Below, piece after piece: positions 12,500 through 24,784 of a stretch of DNA of 64,000 bases. The DNA is from Octopus bimaculoides (lineage: Eukaryota): the NCBI RefSeq assembly GCF_001194135.2, contig NC_068987.1, positions 3,943,993 through 4,007,992 of the forward strand, read 5' to 3'. The position numbers and the translations under genes are program-made. The notes under the pieces are model-generated. The model did no database searches. It saw only the letters and a list, made by a program, of their open reading frames with translations, and had not been told where the DNA came from. Numbering within the stretch: position 1 is the first letter of the stretch; each line of letters opens with the position of its first letter.

Positions 12500-15400
12500 A
12501 CTGGCTTACAACATGTTGGTAATTGAGTGGTTTAATAATCTAGAAGATACACAATATTGCAGATTCACTCAGTTTGATGTAATGTTTTATTCCCTCAACA
12601 CAAGACCTATGCTCTATAAATTTAACATCTGGTCATTCATTTTCTAATATTAATGATTCCTACAGTTCTATATTTAAGAGATGAGGAATTATGTACATTA
12701 TTTACATTTGATGGATATTTTGTCCTCATCTTGTTTGTTGTTAACACAACGTTTCGGCTGATATACCTTCCAGCCTTCATCAGGTGTCTTGGGGGAAATT
12801 TCGAACCTGGGTTCTCTTTCCTAAGGTATTTTTCGATATTATTAGTATTCAGGTCACTGCCTGGAATCGAATTTGGAATCATGGGGTTAGTAGCCCAAGC
12901 TCTTAACCACTACGTCATATAATATCGAAAAATACCTTAGGAATGAGAACCCAGATTTGAAATTTCCCCAAGACACCTGATGAAGGCTGGAGGGTATATC
13001 AGCCGAAACGTTGTGTTGACAACAAACAAGATGAGGACAAATATCCGTCAAATGTAAATGATTCCTGAATTAATATTATAATGAATGCTCAGAAGTCATT
13101 AGCTTTCCATTATGATTTGTTTCAGTATAAACACAATGGTGGAAAGCTTTCTGGTGTTGCTTATGGCTAGTTACAATGGAACAGAGGTCTGTGAGAGAGA
13201 TGGACATATTTATTAGACTCACTTTAACATTTCCTCTCATTTAGAATTAGAGGCTGTGGTCTAATCTTTACCGGTTTCTATAATAGATCAACATCAGATC
13301 AATTCGGAAGTATCTTCATAAAAAGCATTCGAGAATTTAATCTAAAAATACTGTCATTTTGTTAATTTCCAAGATTTCACTCAGGGTCTTAAAAACTAAT
13401 CAGCGTTATTAGCAAATGGATTTCCAGCACCACATTTGATGAAGAATCCTTCAATAGAGCTCTTCTTATTACAAAAGTGTTTTAACAGGGAGTGGTTTTA
13501 AAGATACAATACAGTATATGCAAAACACCAATAGAATCTACACAAATACAAGGAAAGGGGAAAATATTTGGTTTGACCCACCCAAGTAGCCTGATGCCAT
13601 TTCTCATAATTGTCATGAGCTTCTGAGAAAAGATTAACTACAATGGCTCTGAAAATCTTGCTTTTTAACATCAAAGATCAATAGAAGACATCACAAACAC
13701 TGGTAGGTCTCAACTTTGATCTCTCGGCATTTGTAGAATCACTATTTCTTGCTCCTTCAACAAAAAGTGCCATGATAAAAGATTGGTATTTCACACCAAA
13801 GTCACTTCACCTCACTTTATCTGAAGATACAGAAGGGAATTACACCAGTTTTACAGCTAATATATTCAAAAGCTGGTATACACAACATATTCTCTTTCCG
13901 GCACACAGAATACAAGAGAGCTATGTCATGGATTGAAATATTTCTAAAGCTCGAGAAACAAAAAACAAAAAGTATCTTAACATATTGGTTAAGTTATTGA
14001 AAGCACGATCTTATATACCAATGGATCCAAGAGATGTCACCTCTAATGAGAAAAGAAATTTAACATCCAAAGAAAGAACTGTGTACAACTATTAAACAAA
14101 ACATCTGAATTAGTCTCAAATTATCAATATATGAGAATGAATGCTTTTGAGACATTTACAAATGAGTTTTAAGCATCTGGATCTATATACAATCCTCAAA
14201 GGTTTCACAAACATAAAAATATTTTACAAAAAAAAAACCCCATCTCATTAAGCCTATCACCTCTAACAGACATATTCCTGGTCACATTCACCCTGAGTAT
14301 TTTTTAAAATTATTTTTAATTTTCACATTATTTTTGTTTCTTCATTCCTTTTTCTTATTATTTGAATTGTCTTTGATATATTTTCATATTACACACACAC
14401 ACACACACACTTATCGTAGTTGATGGCACTAAAAGATTCATGGTCAATTAGACGCACCTCAATTTCAAACCTGGATTATCATTCCTAACGTATTTTTTGA
14501 TATTATAATTATTATTAAACCAGAATTATTATTATTATTATTCAGGTCACTGCCTGGAATCAAACTCGGAATCTTAGGGTTAGTAGCCTGTGCTCTTAAC
14601 CACTACACCATATGCCCATGGGCGTAGTGGTTAAGAGCGCAGGCTACTAACCCCAAGATTCCAAGTTCAATTCCAGGCAGTGACCTGAATAATAATAATA
14701 TCGAAAAATACCTTAGGAATGAGAACCCAGGTTGGAAATTTTCCCAAGACATCTGAAGAAAGCTGGAGGGTATATCAGCCGAAACGTGTTAACCACAAAG
14801 ATGAGGACAAATATCCATCAAATGTAAATAATGTAAATAATTCCTCATCTCTTAAATATAGAACTATATTATCAACAATACACACACACACAATACATCT
14901 TAAATTTCTGTAGTTAGATATTGTTTAATATTATATTTATTTCATTATATATTTTTGTTATTGTACCCCACTTTTTTTTTATAATGCTCTTTATTTTTAT
15001 TATATAATATATATATATACCCCTGTATATTTTCTTATATTGTTTCTTTTTCCATTTTATATGTGTATTATGTATATTAATGTATATTTTCTTTTTTTTT
15101 ACTTTATGCATAATATATATGTACTGTATAGATCACCACATACATATTTAAAAATATATACATACACACACACATATCACATTTTTATATTTTATTTTGT
15201 ACATATTTTATTATATGATGTATACTGCACAATTTATGTTGCATATATTATATTTTATAATTGTTCATTTTATACTGCACATTTTTTGTTGTATTTGTTA
15301 TTAAATATTTTATTACATTTTGTAATATGTATTTTTCATTTGTTATATTCTTTTGCTATACATTTGTCCATACACGCGTATGTATGTATTACACAAAGTA

Positions 15401-18400
15401 TAATTATATTTCAATCTGTTATATTCATTCTATAGCATGGTATTGATGTACACACCATGTACATATGTTTGTGTAGAATGTGTGTATGTGTGCATAAAAG
15501 TGTGTTTAGGGGGTTGTGTTTGTGTGTATGCTTCTATGGGTATATGCTTGTGTGTGTGTTATGTATGTATATGTGTGTGTATATCATCATCATCGTTTAA
15601 CGTCCGCTTTCCATGGGTTGGACAATTTGACTGGGGACTTGCAAACCAGATAGCTACACCAGACTCCAATCTGATCTGGCAGAGTTTCTACAGCTGGATG
15701 ACCTTCCTAATGCCAACCACTCTGAGAGTGTAGTGGGTGCTTTATACACACACGAGTTTCTTGGTGACCACACTGGTGCCACATAAAAAGCACCAAATAC
15801 ACTCTGCAAAATGGTTGGCATTAGGAAGGGGATCCAGGTGTAGAAACCATACCAAAGCAGACAATAGAGCTTGAAGTAGTCAGCTCTTGCCAAATTATCC
15901 AATCCATGCTTGCATGGCAAAATGGACATTAAATGAGGATGATGAAGATGATGATGGTGCAGCATTTTATATATCTTATTCAACATGGATATACAGTAGA
16001 AAGCCAGAAAACTGGTGTTGGTCTCGAGAAAACATCTCGTATAGACCTAAAATGCATAGAAATATATGAGTAGAAAAAGCATCCAACATTGGTAGTAGGA
16101 CTTCTGAGTCTAGATTTCTACTCAAGGAAGCAGAAATCTGGGTTTAGCAGTTTCACTGCTGTTGCTGGATGATTTAAAAGTTCACAAATTGTTGCTTCAA
16201 ATTTTACTTTCCCAATCTGTGAACAAAAAAAGAAAAAAGAAAAAAAAGATTTCTTTTTTGTCCGAGGATTGAAAAACCTGAAAATCTTGGAGAAATGATT
16301 TGTGTAGTTTTCAACTGCCAATAAAGTTCTGTGAGAATGTGTGTGTGTGCCTGCCTTTGTTTTGACCATGTGATGGTTGTAAATGAGCATCATCATCATC
16401 ATCATCACAAGCAATGTTGTTTGTTTCCAATATTCTGTAAAAACAGGTCTGATCATGGGGAAGTTACCTTGCTTGGAATCAGGTGAAGATTGGTAACCAG
16501 AAGGGAACTCAGCCAACCCATGCAAACATAGAAACATGATGGTGATGACAATATATATGAAACCGTGTCAAAGCAGACACAATAGCCTTGGGTAGTTTTC
16601 TACCTGGCTGGCTCCTGTCAGCCGTCCTACCCATGCATGCATGGAAGATGGACGTTAAACAATGATGATGATGATGACATCTATTTGTCATGCCGTACAT
16701 GGACAATGCAACCTGATCATACAACAAACTACTTTGGGACCTTTGAATTTATTCAATTCAATTTATAGTCATTAATGAGTTACCATCACAAAGTATTATT
16801 AATGAAGACAAGCTGAAAATGGATATCAATGACTGTTTTATGTGACATATGTCAAATGTCTGAGTTACTTATAGTAAAAGCAAATTGGAATCAATATTAC
16901 GTGTGGATACTTTTATCATTTCTCAAAATTTTCTGTTTGGAATGAAGAGATGTGGAGTGAGAGAGAGGGGGGATGTCTGTGTGCGCACGCGTGTGTGTGT
17001 GCATGCATGCAAGAAATCGAGAGAAAGAGAGCGAGCACGAGAGACAGAGGTACGGGCTGAGGGAAGAAGAATAAAGTGTGAGACAAGGATGAGGAAGACG
17101 AAAGAAAAATGAGGAGTTTTTTTTGGTCTTGTTTATATTACAAGTACTATTGTTATTATCATCATCATTATTTTTAAAGATTACATGTATTTCTTAATAT
17201 TTGACATGCTTCGGAGGTCAGGCAAAATTTATTCTTCATAACACCCCCTCCCCCATTCCCATTTAACTTAAATGGTTTGCAAATGTGTCTCAGTAAGTGA
17301 AAATATTTCAAGTAAAAGACCCTCTAATAGTATGTAAATTTAAGATCACAATCTTATTCATTCTGAAATTAGATTTGTTTCAACATTCTGTACATCAGAA
17401 CAGAAAACCAGTCTAATACACATGCCATTGGCCTAGTTTCCAATTTAGGACCCAAGAATCTGACAGACATAATTACAAAATATTAAAAGTATTATAACTC
17501 ATTAATGTGCACTTTTCACACTTGATGAGTTTCTGTGGTTGCTATTCGTATTTTTCTCTACTGTTGTTCAAAATTTCATGTAGTTGCCATGCAGTGGTCA
17601 CAAAAACAAAAACTAGAGCAATTTTAGATGTCTGCATCCCGGCCTACATATATATAAATATATATATCATGATTAAATATGTGTGTGTGCGTGTGTGTAT
17701 GTTTGTATGTACGTATCCTCTGCTTTTTCAGAACCATCATCACAAGGAAATGCCCGTTGACTGGCCATCGAAGGAAGAATGTGATGTTTATGTTCAAAAG
17801 TTTCCTGATCCTCAAAACATGTCAACTGTTTACCTGTCCCCAGAAAACAAAGGATTTGAGTAAGTAGAAAGTTATTTCATTCATCTTTCATTCGTTCTTT
17901 TACTTGTTGCAGTCATTAGGCTGCGGCCATACTGGGGCATCGCCTTCAAGGAGTTTTAATCACACAAATCGACCCCAAGACTTATTTCCTTCTTAAGCCT
18001 GGTATTTATTCTGTCAGTCTCTTTTAGTGAAACCACTAAGTTATGGGGGACATAAATACACCAACACTGGTTGTCAAGCAGTGGTTGGAGAGTGGGGGAC
18101 AAACACAGACAAAACACACACACACACACACGTATATAAGTCTGGTAGTTATGTTGGTCTCTTTTGCCAACCTCTAAGTTATGAAATAACAGGGATGCAA
18201 ACAAACCAATACAGGTTGTCGTGGTATATAAAGGAACGAACACAAACGCACATGATAGGCTGCCACACAGTTTCTATCTAGCAAATTTACTCACAGGGCA
18301 GTGTTCAGCAGCAGGTGCCATGCAGTGGAAATGAACCTGGGACCAAGTAGTAGCAAAGTGAGCACCTATTCGAAATAAAAACATTTTTTTTCGTATAATC

Positions 18401-21400
18401 ATATACATATTGCTTACACAGAAGTTGTCAATATATGCATGTTATCAATATACATATATAGACATGGTGGGGGCAAGAAGCTTGCTTCCCAACCACATAG
18501 TCCTGGGTTCAGTTCCATTGCATGGCACCTTGGGCAAGTGTCTCCTACTGAAGCATCAGGCCAACCAAAGAGTTGTGAGTAGATTTGGTAGACAAGACTT
18601 AAAGAAGCCCATTCTGTGTATGTTTGTCCCTTGACAACCAGTGTTGGTGTGTTTACATCCCTCTAACAGTGGTTTGGCGAAACAAACCAGTAGAATAAGC
18701 ACCAGGCTTGAAAAAATGCAAAAGTACTGTTCGACTAAAATTCATCAAAGCAGTGCTGCAGCATGGCCACAGTCTAGTGACAGAAGCAAATGAAAGCTAA
18801 AAGGTGTATATATATATATAAATATATATATACACACACGTATGGCTGATGTGGTGGTAGTTGTCAATAATCTCACCTGTCTTTATTGTTTTATATTTTC
18901 TCCTTCCAGAGTCCGTGCTTTACTTTCGGAAGCTCAGAGTCTTTATGCTGGAGATGAACATCCCCTGCCATGGTATCCACCCATTTGTACCCCACTTTTG
19001 GATATCACTGATGGTAGTGTTCTCACTTATGATCACATCCGGTCTGTGGCTGACCGGGCTAACTTTGCCCTGAAGTTTCCTGAGCCAGCCATGAGACAGG
19101 TAAGTTCTGTAACTAACGGATACTAACTATACACACACACATGGCTGTGTGGTTTCAGGTAGTCCCATTGCATGGTACCTTGGGCAAGGGTCTTCTATCA
19201 CAGCCTTAAGCTGACCAAAAACTTCTGAATTGATTTCGGGATACAGAAACTGAAAGAAGCTCATCATGTGTGTGTGTGTGTATGTGTAGGTATCTTCTGG
19301 TTTTGACATCATGTAATATTTGTGAATGAGAGTCATACAAGCAGTGTTATTTGCTTCCAGTCGTCCATGAAAACATGTCTGGTCCTGGGGAAGCATTTTC
19401 TTGGTTGCAAACAAATGAGGGTTGGCGACAGGAAGAGCATCCAGCCATAATGAATATGCCTCAATAAATTCCATGTATCCCATTCAGAGAAGTGAGGCTG
19501 CAGTAGCATTTTCTATCTTTCACTTGTTTCAGTCACTGGACTGTAGCCATGCTAGGACACTGGACACTGCCCTTCAAATCGAACAGATCAACCCCAGTAC
19601 TTATTTGTAAATCTGGTACTTATCCTGCCAGTCTCTTTTGCCAAACTGCTAAGTTACAGGGATGTAAACAAGCCAACACCTGTTATGCAGTGATGAGGAC
19701 AAACAGATGCAAAAACACACACAACAGGTTTCCATACAGTTTCTATCTACCAAATTCACTCACAAGGCAATGGCTGGCCCAAGGCTCTTGTAGAAGACAC
19801 CTGCCCAAGTTGCTACACAGTGGGACTGAACCAAAAACTACATGGTTGCAAAGTGAGATTTTTTAACCACCTAGCCATGCCTGCACTTATTATGGTTACT
19901 TTTCCTTGATTACATGTTCGTTAGCATATCTACTTCACCCCCTCCCTCTCCGACCCCATTCTTATAACAACAAAAGAATCATAACAGTCCAACCCTGTAT
20001 ATTTTATATATTTTCAAAGGTGCAGAGGAAGGTTGTTTGGTGAACTGTGTTGTTTGTTGTGTATTTCTTGCAGATTCTCCTGGACCACGTAAACAACGGA
20101 ATTGTCACCAAAGAAGAGGTTGGACAGAGGATCCTTACTGCTTTAAAACAGGTGAGTAAGGGTGACCACTTTCTTTAAAGTAATCCTAACAAAAAAAAAA
20201 TAAAATAAAAATCTCAGCAGACATCACTAAAGAAGAAAGCCACAAAGCTCAGAATCGTCAGAGCTATGGACAAAATGCTTTGTGGTTTGTCTTCTGGCTT
20301 TTTATGCTCTGAATTCACTTCCCACCATCGTCAAACTTTGCCTTTCATTCTTTTGTAGTCAGTAACATCATGTACTAATTTTAATATTAGTTCAACGAAT
20401 CGACTAACCTGCTTCCCTCAAAATTGCTGGTTTTGTGCCTTAATAAAGGGACCATTATGTGGAGCATGACTCATATTCAAATATTACGGCTTATAAAAAT
20501 CACAGTAATTTGAGCAACGACTATGATCTAACTGGTGATAACGAGGACGTTAGTGTTAATTCTAGACAGTCTTATAAAACAGATTTGTCCTTTAATTTTC
20601 TATTTATTTCCTTCATAATTATAAACCTAACTATTTGTCTATTTTAGAGTATTAGTCCAAATTGGATTCTTTTCAACCTAGCTGGACTCTATTGGAGAAT
20701 ATTGGGCAATGCTTTCTATGGAATTGAATGTATAAGACGGGCCCTGTACACAGTTCCTGAACTCTACCGAGATGTCCCTCTCATCAATCTTGGCAGCATT
20801 CTATATAGAGTTGGTCGCTATGATGATGCAATTGTTGTCATAAAAGATGCTCTTATGATTAACAGTGTAGAGGTAAGAAAGAATTCAATGTTTTTGTTTA
20901 TTTTGTTTGGCGTTATTTGTTTTCTTTTTCCTCTTCAATCTTGAATCAGAGAATCTCTCTTCAATCATCATCATCATTTAATGTCCCCTTTTCTATGCTG
21001 GTGTGAGTTGGATGGCTTGACAGGACCTGATGAACACCAGAGGGCTGTACCAAATCCCAGCATCTGCTTTTGCAGCTGCATGGCCTTCTTAATGCCAACC
21101 ACTTCACACAAAGTGTACTGGGTGCATTTTCCATAGCACCAGCACCTGGTGAGATCACCAAATATACACATGACAAGGCCCCTCGACTGGGTGGGGTAGA
21201 GTATTGAGGGCTGTGAAAACATGATAGAGGTGTAGGAGCAGGTATCTTGCTAAAGAGGTGAACACATGGCTTCAAACAGTTCAACATAACTTTCAAGAGC
21301 TACAGTGTCTCAGTTTCTTCGTGTATTTAGTGTTTAGGACATAAATTATTATACAATGAAAATATTGTTTCCTATCTTTAGTCCAGATATTTAATTCTTC

Positions 21401-24400
21401 AATTCTCCAGGAAATATTTCTAAGGGTGTTGTTGACCTCTTATGAACAGTAGTGCAGCTCTTTCTCTCCTTATTGCATCATCATCATTGAAGTTTTATGT
21501 AAAAAGCACCATAAAACTTTTTACATGCCAGTGCCAAGCAACCACTACACCTTATCTCAGTCCTGATAAGGTGGACAAAATGTTACAGTTTCTGCCATTT
21601 GACCTTCAACATCGACTTTGGTTTTGCTCTTATCTGTAGCAAAACTGGCTTTGATATGGTCAAAGAAAATCGTTGAAGTTGATAGTCCAGCAGGTCGTAA
21701 TCCAATGATTGGATTCAGAAAAAAAGAGTAACAGGTAAAAACTAACTTGATTTCCAGGCATGGATGAAGGAGTGGATAAGGGAGATGCTGTTGGAGTAGA
21801 ACATCTTTTACTTGTTTCAGTCATTAGATTGTGACCTGCTGGGGCACCACTTTGAAGAATTTTAGTCAAATAAATTGATCCCAGTAGTTATTTTTAAGCC
21901 CGATACTTGTTCTATTGGTCTCTTTTGCCAAACCACTAAGATGCAAGATGTAAACATACCAACACTGGTTATCAAGTGTTGGTGAGAGAACACACACACA
22001 TATATATACAACAGGCTTCTTTCAGTTTCCATCTATCAAATCTACTCACATGGCTTTAGTTGACCCGAGTCTGTTATAGAAGACTGTTGTCCAAGGTGCC
22101 ATACAGTGGGACTGAACCTGGAATCATGTTACTGGGAAGCAAACTTAACACACACATGAAAAAAAGAAAAGAAATTCTTTAAGTAGACTCCAAAAGCTTT
22201 AGAGTTTTATAGAATAAAGAAAGTCTAGATTTATAATAATTATGGGGTTTTTTTCCTCCCCAGTTTTGAATGCTTGGAATAATGTTAAACCTTTCTTTCC
22301 TTACCTTACTTTTTGTCTGTTTATTTCCAGCCTTTGACCAACTATTTTTTGGGCAATTTACTTGTTGCCACCCAAAACTATACAGGTGCTGTGTGGCATT
22401 ACGAACAAGCTCTTGTAGAACCATACGGTCTGAAAGAAGCTTACAGTGCACTGCGGGCAGTGAAATGTCAACAGAAGTTTCACAAACCGGCGCAGAGTGA
22501 GGCCTCGCACCATCTGAGTGATACAAATGGCATGACCGATTCTTCCACCACAAGTCCCAATTGTCAACAGAAAATAATGTATTCTACCAACATTCCTCAA
22601 GGAGAGAGCAGGGTCATATGTCAAACTGTAAGGCAACCAAAAAAACCCTTTGTTGTTTTTTTGTTATTTTCTTACATTTTCTTTTGATTTCTGATATGTT
22701 ATTGAACTGGTATGATAAACGACTTTATGTGATTGGATAAACTATATCACTACTGGTTGTTGGTTCATAAATTTTGAGCTTTAATGTGTGCGTTTGTGGG
22801 AGTGAATTCCTTCCTACTTCCCCCTCATCTTCATGTTTGCTGATTGTAAACAAAAGCATCAGTTATTGTAGTGATTGTGTCCTTTGCTTTGCAGTCGACC
22901 ACATGGACATGTTGCGTGGTCTCAGTAAACAAAAGATTCATTCATAGTGTTATTTGTTTGTGTAACCATATCTGGGCTGTTTATTGTTCAGTAAACTGGG
23001 TGGGAGGGGGAGAATTATTACCTTGTTTTGAAACAGGTATGGGTTGACCATCAGTGTAGTCTTGTCTGATCCTTGCATGTGGCAAAGTGGTATGAGAGCC
23101 ACTATAAAGTCAGAGTCAGTCAGTCGTAGTAGAGTCGTTGTACGAGTTTCTCAGTTGGAGTCAGTGTCAGTTACGTGATACATACGAGTTTGAGTTACCG
23201 TCAAGGTAGACGTTTCAAAGTCATTGTCTTGTGGAGCCATCAGCGATAGCACGATACATGAGCCAGAGATAAGACGTGGAATACTGACACAATATAATAG
23301 TGGTGACAACAACATACAAGTGGATGAGGATCTACATTATGAGAGCAAGCATGGACCAGACAAAAATGAAAACCATGATGCTGCTGATGTATGTATCCAG
23401 GATTACAACATTCTAAGTGCAGAAATAAACACAGAGAGAGAGAGAGAGAGAAAGAAAGAGAGCCGAGCAAGAAAGAGTGACATTACAATTTTCTAACTGA
23501 GCATGATGGACATCAACACTTTCCACTCTCCTCAGACACATAAATAGAAATATGCCTACACACAAACACAGAGTGATTGGGGGGGACTAGAGAAGCATTA
23601 AAACGTCTGATGTCAAATGAGTCAGAGCCGAATCAATGATGCCAAACGTCTCGTACTTTATCATGGAGTACCAGAGTCACTGGAAGTGGATGTATGTTGT
23701 CTGATTAAATGTCGAATTAAACCCTATGCTGACATCTAATCAATAAATAGTAAATAAATTTTTTCAGATTGATTTTTATTTTTTAAATAAACTTTTTTTT
23801 TTTTTTTCTTATAGGAGAACGGAGCTGAAAAGTGTGTCATTGAAACACGAAGCCATTCCAAATCTTCCAACTGTGATGGTCATTGTACTCAAACCTGCAC
23901 AATTATTCCTATCAAACTGGAATCTTGTGCTTCAGCCATGTCATCACAAGGAGGTCTTGGGGCTGCAGTAATGGCTGCTACAGAATGTAAGGGTCTCTTC
24001 CAGGACAACTCTCCTTATTTCTCTGTATCTGTCTTTCACACACACACACACACATTCTCAAATACAAATGTTGAAAGCCTGAAAGACATCTGAACAATAG
24101 CTGGACACCGTCATATAAAAACATGAGGAAGAAATGAATCTAAAAGAAGGACAGCCATACAAGTGGTCACACGACAAGATGAGATAGATGTACATAAGAC
24201 TAACATATGGATGCACATGCATCTAAACAGCTAAATACACATGACTAACAGATAAGAACAGATGCAACTGAACAGATAGGTGCACATCTAACTAAGCACA
24301 TGAAATTGAACAGATAGGTATACATACAACTAAACGGATATGCATACAATTAAACTGTTCAGTGCACATGTGATTGAATATATACAGATGCAACTGGACA

Positions 24401-24784
24401 GATAAGAAGCACATCTAACTGAACACACACGACTAGACAGAAGAAACTCAACACTGTTATAGGTATATATGCAACATATCTGTACAATGCAACTGAAATC
24501 AAATCCAGTTTGGCAAAACAGTGGACACACATGTAGTTGTTCAGGCAGACATATTGACTGTAATGTTGAGCAATTAGCAAGTTGGACAGAATGAGATAGA
24601 CAAATGGAGGGAGGATGAAGGTATTTAGATTAAAGGGATTAAGTAATGCAGCTGTGCAGACAATTCCTTGAACTCTACTTTTATCCCTTTTGCAGTTAAC
24701 AATGGTATTTGTGATCATGATGCCGATTGCCCAGGGAATAAAGACTCTTGTAAAGAGGAAAAATGTCATCAAATTAATGTTCAG
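1473..24784 (+). CDS. TTC17: Tetratricopeptide repeat protein 17-like, partial (middle of gene). Exons 1473-1600, 3036-3125, 17732-17859, 18910-19099, 20074-20151, 20648-20872, 22331-22627, 23815-23986, 24696-24784
   Basis: All nine exons have AG/GT boundaries and join in frame. The translation includes DWPSKEEC...STVYLSPENKGFE...EEVGQRILTALKQSISPNWILFNLAGLYWRILGNAFYGIECIRRAL...RDVPLINLGSILYRVG...PLTNYFLGNLLVATQNYTGAVWHYEQAL, matching my recollection of the second TPR unit of vertebrate TTC17 (LWPKRADC...YFLPPENKG...WLILNEAGLYWRAVGN...DVPLVNLA). The first two exons are assigned by splice sites and phase only. Confidence 0.9.
4194..4428. mobile_element. hAT (Charlie-like) MITE
   Basis: Termini CAGTGGGTCTCAACC / GGTTGAGAATCACTTG at a TCTAGA target (atctagac ... 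tctagaac). Confidence 0.65.
5016..5512 (+). mobile_element. tRNA/hammerhead SINE-like copy split by an assembly gap
   Basis: Head TGGCGTAGTGGTTAAGAG...GAGTTCAATTCC at about 5020-5075; degenerate hammerhead CTGATGA...CAGCCGAAATTTT at 5404-5445. Confidence 0.7.
7195..8015 (-). mobile_element. Degenerate, internally deleted mariner transposon
   Basis: Minus strand: TIR-like TATTGGGTTGTCAAATAAAT near 8015, start MEWQVVK (frameshifted), GDGAITERIAQKWFS, STRELVHVL, then the WEVLPHPP...SDYHL and FYHQGIGKL...NEGEY C-terminal motifs. Confidence 0.7.
8069..8237. repeat. Palindromic MITE-like foldback (arms of about 68-77 bp)
   Basis: 8069-8136 is the imperfect reverse complement of 8160-8237, with TA at both ends. 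Confidence 0.7.
9548..10046. mobile_element. Head-to-head pair of tRNA-head/hammerhead-tail SINE-like elements (minus ~9548-9746, plus ~9790-10046)
   Basis: A box (TGGCATAGTGG) and B box (GAGTTCGATTCC), then an (AAT)n linker, then a hammerhead motif at 9923-9968. The minus copy has a mutated core (CTGGTGA) and an internal deletion. The pair interrupts a TTAA-CCCT MITE. Confidence 0.8.
12743..12788 (-). ncRNA. Minimal type I hammerhead ribozyme, intact core
   Basis: Minus strand reads GACAC-CUGAUGA-A-GGCUG-(GAAGGUAUAU)-CAGCC-GAAA-CGUU^GUGUU. Stem I GACAC/GUGUU, stem II GGCUG/CAGCC, palindromic ACGU stem III, NUH triplet GUU. Confidence 0.8.
12972..13017 (+). ncRNA. Minimal type I hammerhead ribozyme, intact core
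   Basis: GACAC-CTGATGA-A-GGCTG-GAGGGTATAT-CAGCC-GAAA-CGTT^GTGTT; same fold as the copy at 12743-12788. Confidence 0.8.
13150..14150 (+). pseudogene. Decayed Penelope-like retroelement (RT C-terminal half plus GIY-YIG endonuclease region)
   Basis: Frameshifted motifs MASYNGTEVCE (13163-13195; cf. MGSYDGAEVCE), LTGSGFKDTIQY, NIWFDPP (13563-13583; cf. IIWFNPP), FKSWYTQH, NGSKRCHL and LLNKTSELVS (cf. LLNKRSEL), all typical of PLE ORFs. Confidence 0.7.
14461..14865. mobile_element. Head-to-head pair of the tRNA/hammerhead element centred on GCCCATGGGC (14614-14623)
   Basis: The minus copy is truncated before the ribozyme. The plus copy has CTGAAGA...CAGCCGAAACGTGTT, a 3-nt deletion that destroys the NUH site. 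Confidence 0.75.

Larger units (their letters stand above)
12662..13060. mobile_element. Inverted composite of the tRNA/hammerhead element: full minus copy (~12662-12920) plus headless plus copy (~12921-13060)
   Basis: The two arms are reverse complements over about 140 bp and both carry intact hammerhead cores. Confidence 0.8.

Noticed and set aside
14617-14690. tRNA genes suggested by A/B boxes in several repeats
   Set aside because: No complete acceptor stem, and each continues into a repeat body; these are SINE heads.
22990-23300. Possible solo LTR (purine tract, TATAAAG, CpG-rich GTCA repeats)
   Set aside because: I could not define termini or a TSD.
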